The translations under genes were made by a program, and so were the position numbers. The notes beneath the pieces are model-generated. The model was not told the origin of the DNA. It ran no database searches and saw only the letters and a program-made list of their open reading frames with translations. Of a DNA stretch of 64,000 nucleotides, positions 62,753-64,000 are shown piece after piece. Numbering within the stretch: the stretch's first letter is position 1; each line of letters begins with the position of its first letter. The stretch is from assembly GCF_032191835.1 (NCBI RefSeq), contig NC_083234.1, positions 17,670,001-17,734,000 on the forward strand, in the 5' to 3' direction. Source of the stretch: Heteronotia binoei. Taxonomy: Eukaryota.

Positions 62753-63596
62753 GTACGGCCCTCTGTGAGTCATCCCAGCATGCTTTGCTCTCTGCTTCTT
62801 ATCTTTCCTACTCGGCCAGAGCTCGGAGTAGGCGTGGGATTTTCCATTCTCAGGCCAAGTTCGGTTTAACCATTCGTCAGACTGACATGCTTAAATGTCT
62901 GCTGTGTTCTCATGATGAGGGGAAGGAACAAGAGATGCAGACTTGTCTGTCTTTGGAGAGAATTTTGAGTCCCTGCTCGTGGAATAGAGTGGGGTTAAGT
63001 GCCTCCATTCTGAAGGGAGAGGATAATTAATTTTATTTATGTGTTTACCTTCACTTTTTCCTTCATGAACGTCTACACTTGGGAGTCGGTCGGCAGAAAC
63101 TGACCACAGGGTTGCTGCATTGTGTGTGTTCAGACCACATGCTAACTCGCAAAAGGTGCTACCCATCCCTGTGGAATGCAAAGAGGAGGCGACTCTGGGG
63201 CAGCCTTGCGCTTACAGTGTTGTCAAGGTTTTCCAAATTGGGAGAAGATTGAAAACAAGCTTCCCCCTTCTCTCCCTTTCCCAGTTCAGAAGTAACAAGC
63301 TTGTCAGATGTGATCCAAAATCCGTTTGAACGTGGAAACTTCCAAATGATTTGAGCCCTTCTGAGCTGCCTTCAACACATTTCCTTTCTTCCCTAAGATT
63401 TATTTCCTGTAGCAGTGACTGGGGAGAGGGGAGCAAAGAGAAAGGGTACTGTTACTCACACCTTCATTAGAACCTCAGCACCCTAGCAATGGATCAGCCA
63501 CAAGTTCTCTCAAGGCTGTTCTGCTCAAGGGCAGTTCTGGGAGAACTCTCTCAGCCTCACCTATCTCACAGGGTGTCTGTTGTGGGGCGGGGAGGA

Positions 63597-63817
63597 NNNN
63601 NNNNNNNNNNNNNNNNNNNNNNNNNNNNNNNNNNNNNNNNNNNNNNNNNNNNNNNNNNNNNNNNNNNNNNNNNNNNNNNNNNNNNNNNNNNNNNNNNNNN
63701 NNNNNNNNNNNNNNNNNNNNNNNNNNNNNNNNNNNNNNNNNNNNNNNNNNNNNNNNNNNNNNNNNNNNNNNNNNNNNNNNNNNNNNNNNNNNNNNNNNNN
63801 NNNNNNNNNNNNNNNNN
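63597..63817. other. Assembly gap (Ns)
   Basis: Run of N. Confidence 1.
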
Positions 63818-64000
63818 TGATAACTGAAGGGAGCCTCTCTTAATTACACATGCATTTCAGTTACTGGCATCTCCTCCTTCCTTAATTTTTTAAATTTAAT
63901 TTTTAGAAATTATTCTGTCTGTAAGCCTCAGAATCATTCACTTCAGCAGTGACACAGAGAAAAACACTTGAGTATGCAAATATAATTGATTCCCATTGGC

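Overview
This is vertebrate DNA, not prokaryotic. The repeat complement (Sauria-type, 5S-derived and tRNA-derived SINEs, CR1, L2, L1, RTE, Penelope and many hAT MITEs) points to a squamate, probably a gecko (inference). The window holds 10 consecutive internal coding exons of IGSF9B (neuronal turtle-family Ig cell-adhesion gene) on the + strand. They run from the second half of Ig domain 1 through Ig2-Ig5 into the first FN3 domain, have GT-AG boundaries, and splice into one open frame. Exon numbers 3-12 follow my recollection of the human gene; the 5' and 3' exons lie outside the window. The rest is transposon-dense intron with three assembly gaps. The most notable observations are: an in-frame alternative 5' splice site adding YGPL to FN3-1; a near-consensus REST/RE1 site; Penelope fragments carrying hammerhead-ribozyme parts, one folded into a 67-bp hairpin; a perfect 39-bp hairpin; an antisense solo LTR; an RTE insertion with a 28-bp target-site duplication; and two exon junctions that recreate 5' splice sites. 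I could not find a clearly novel multi-gene system. All of this was read by eye without searches.
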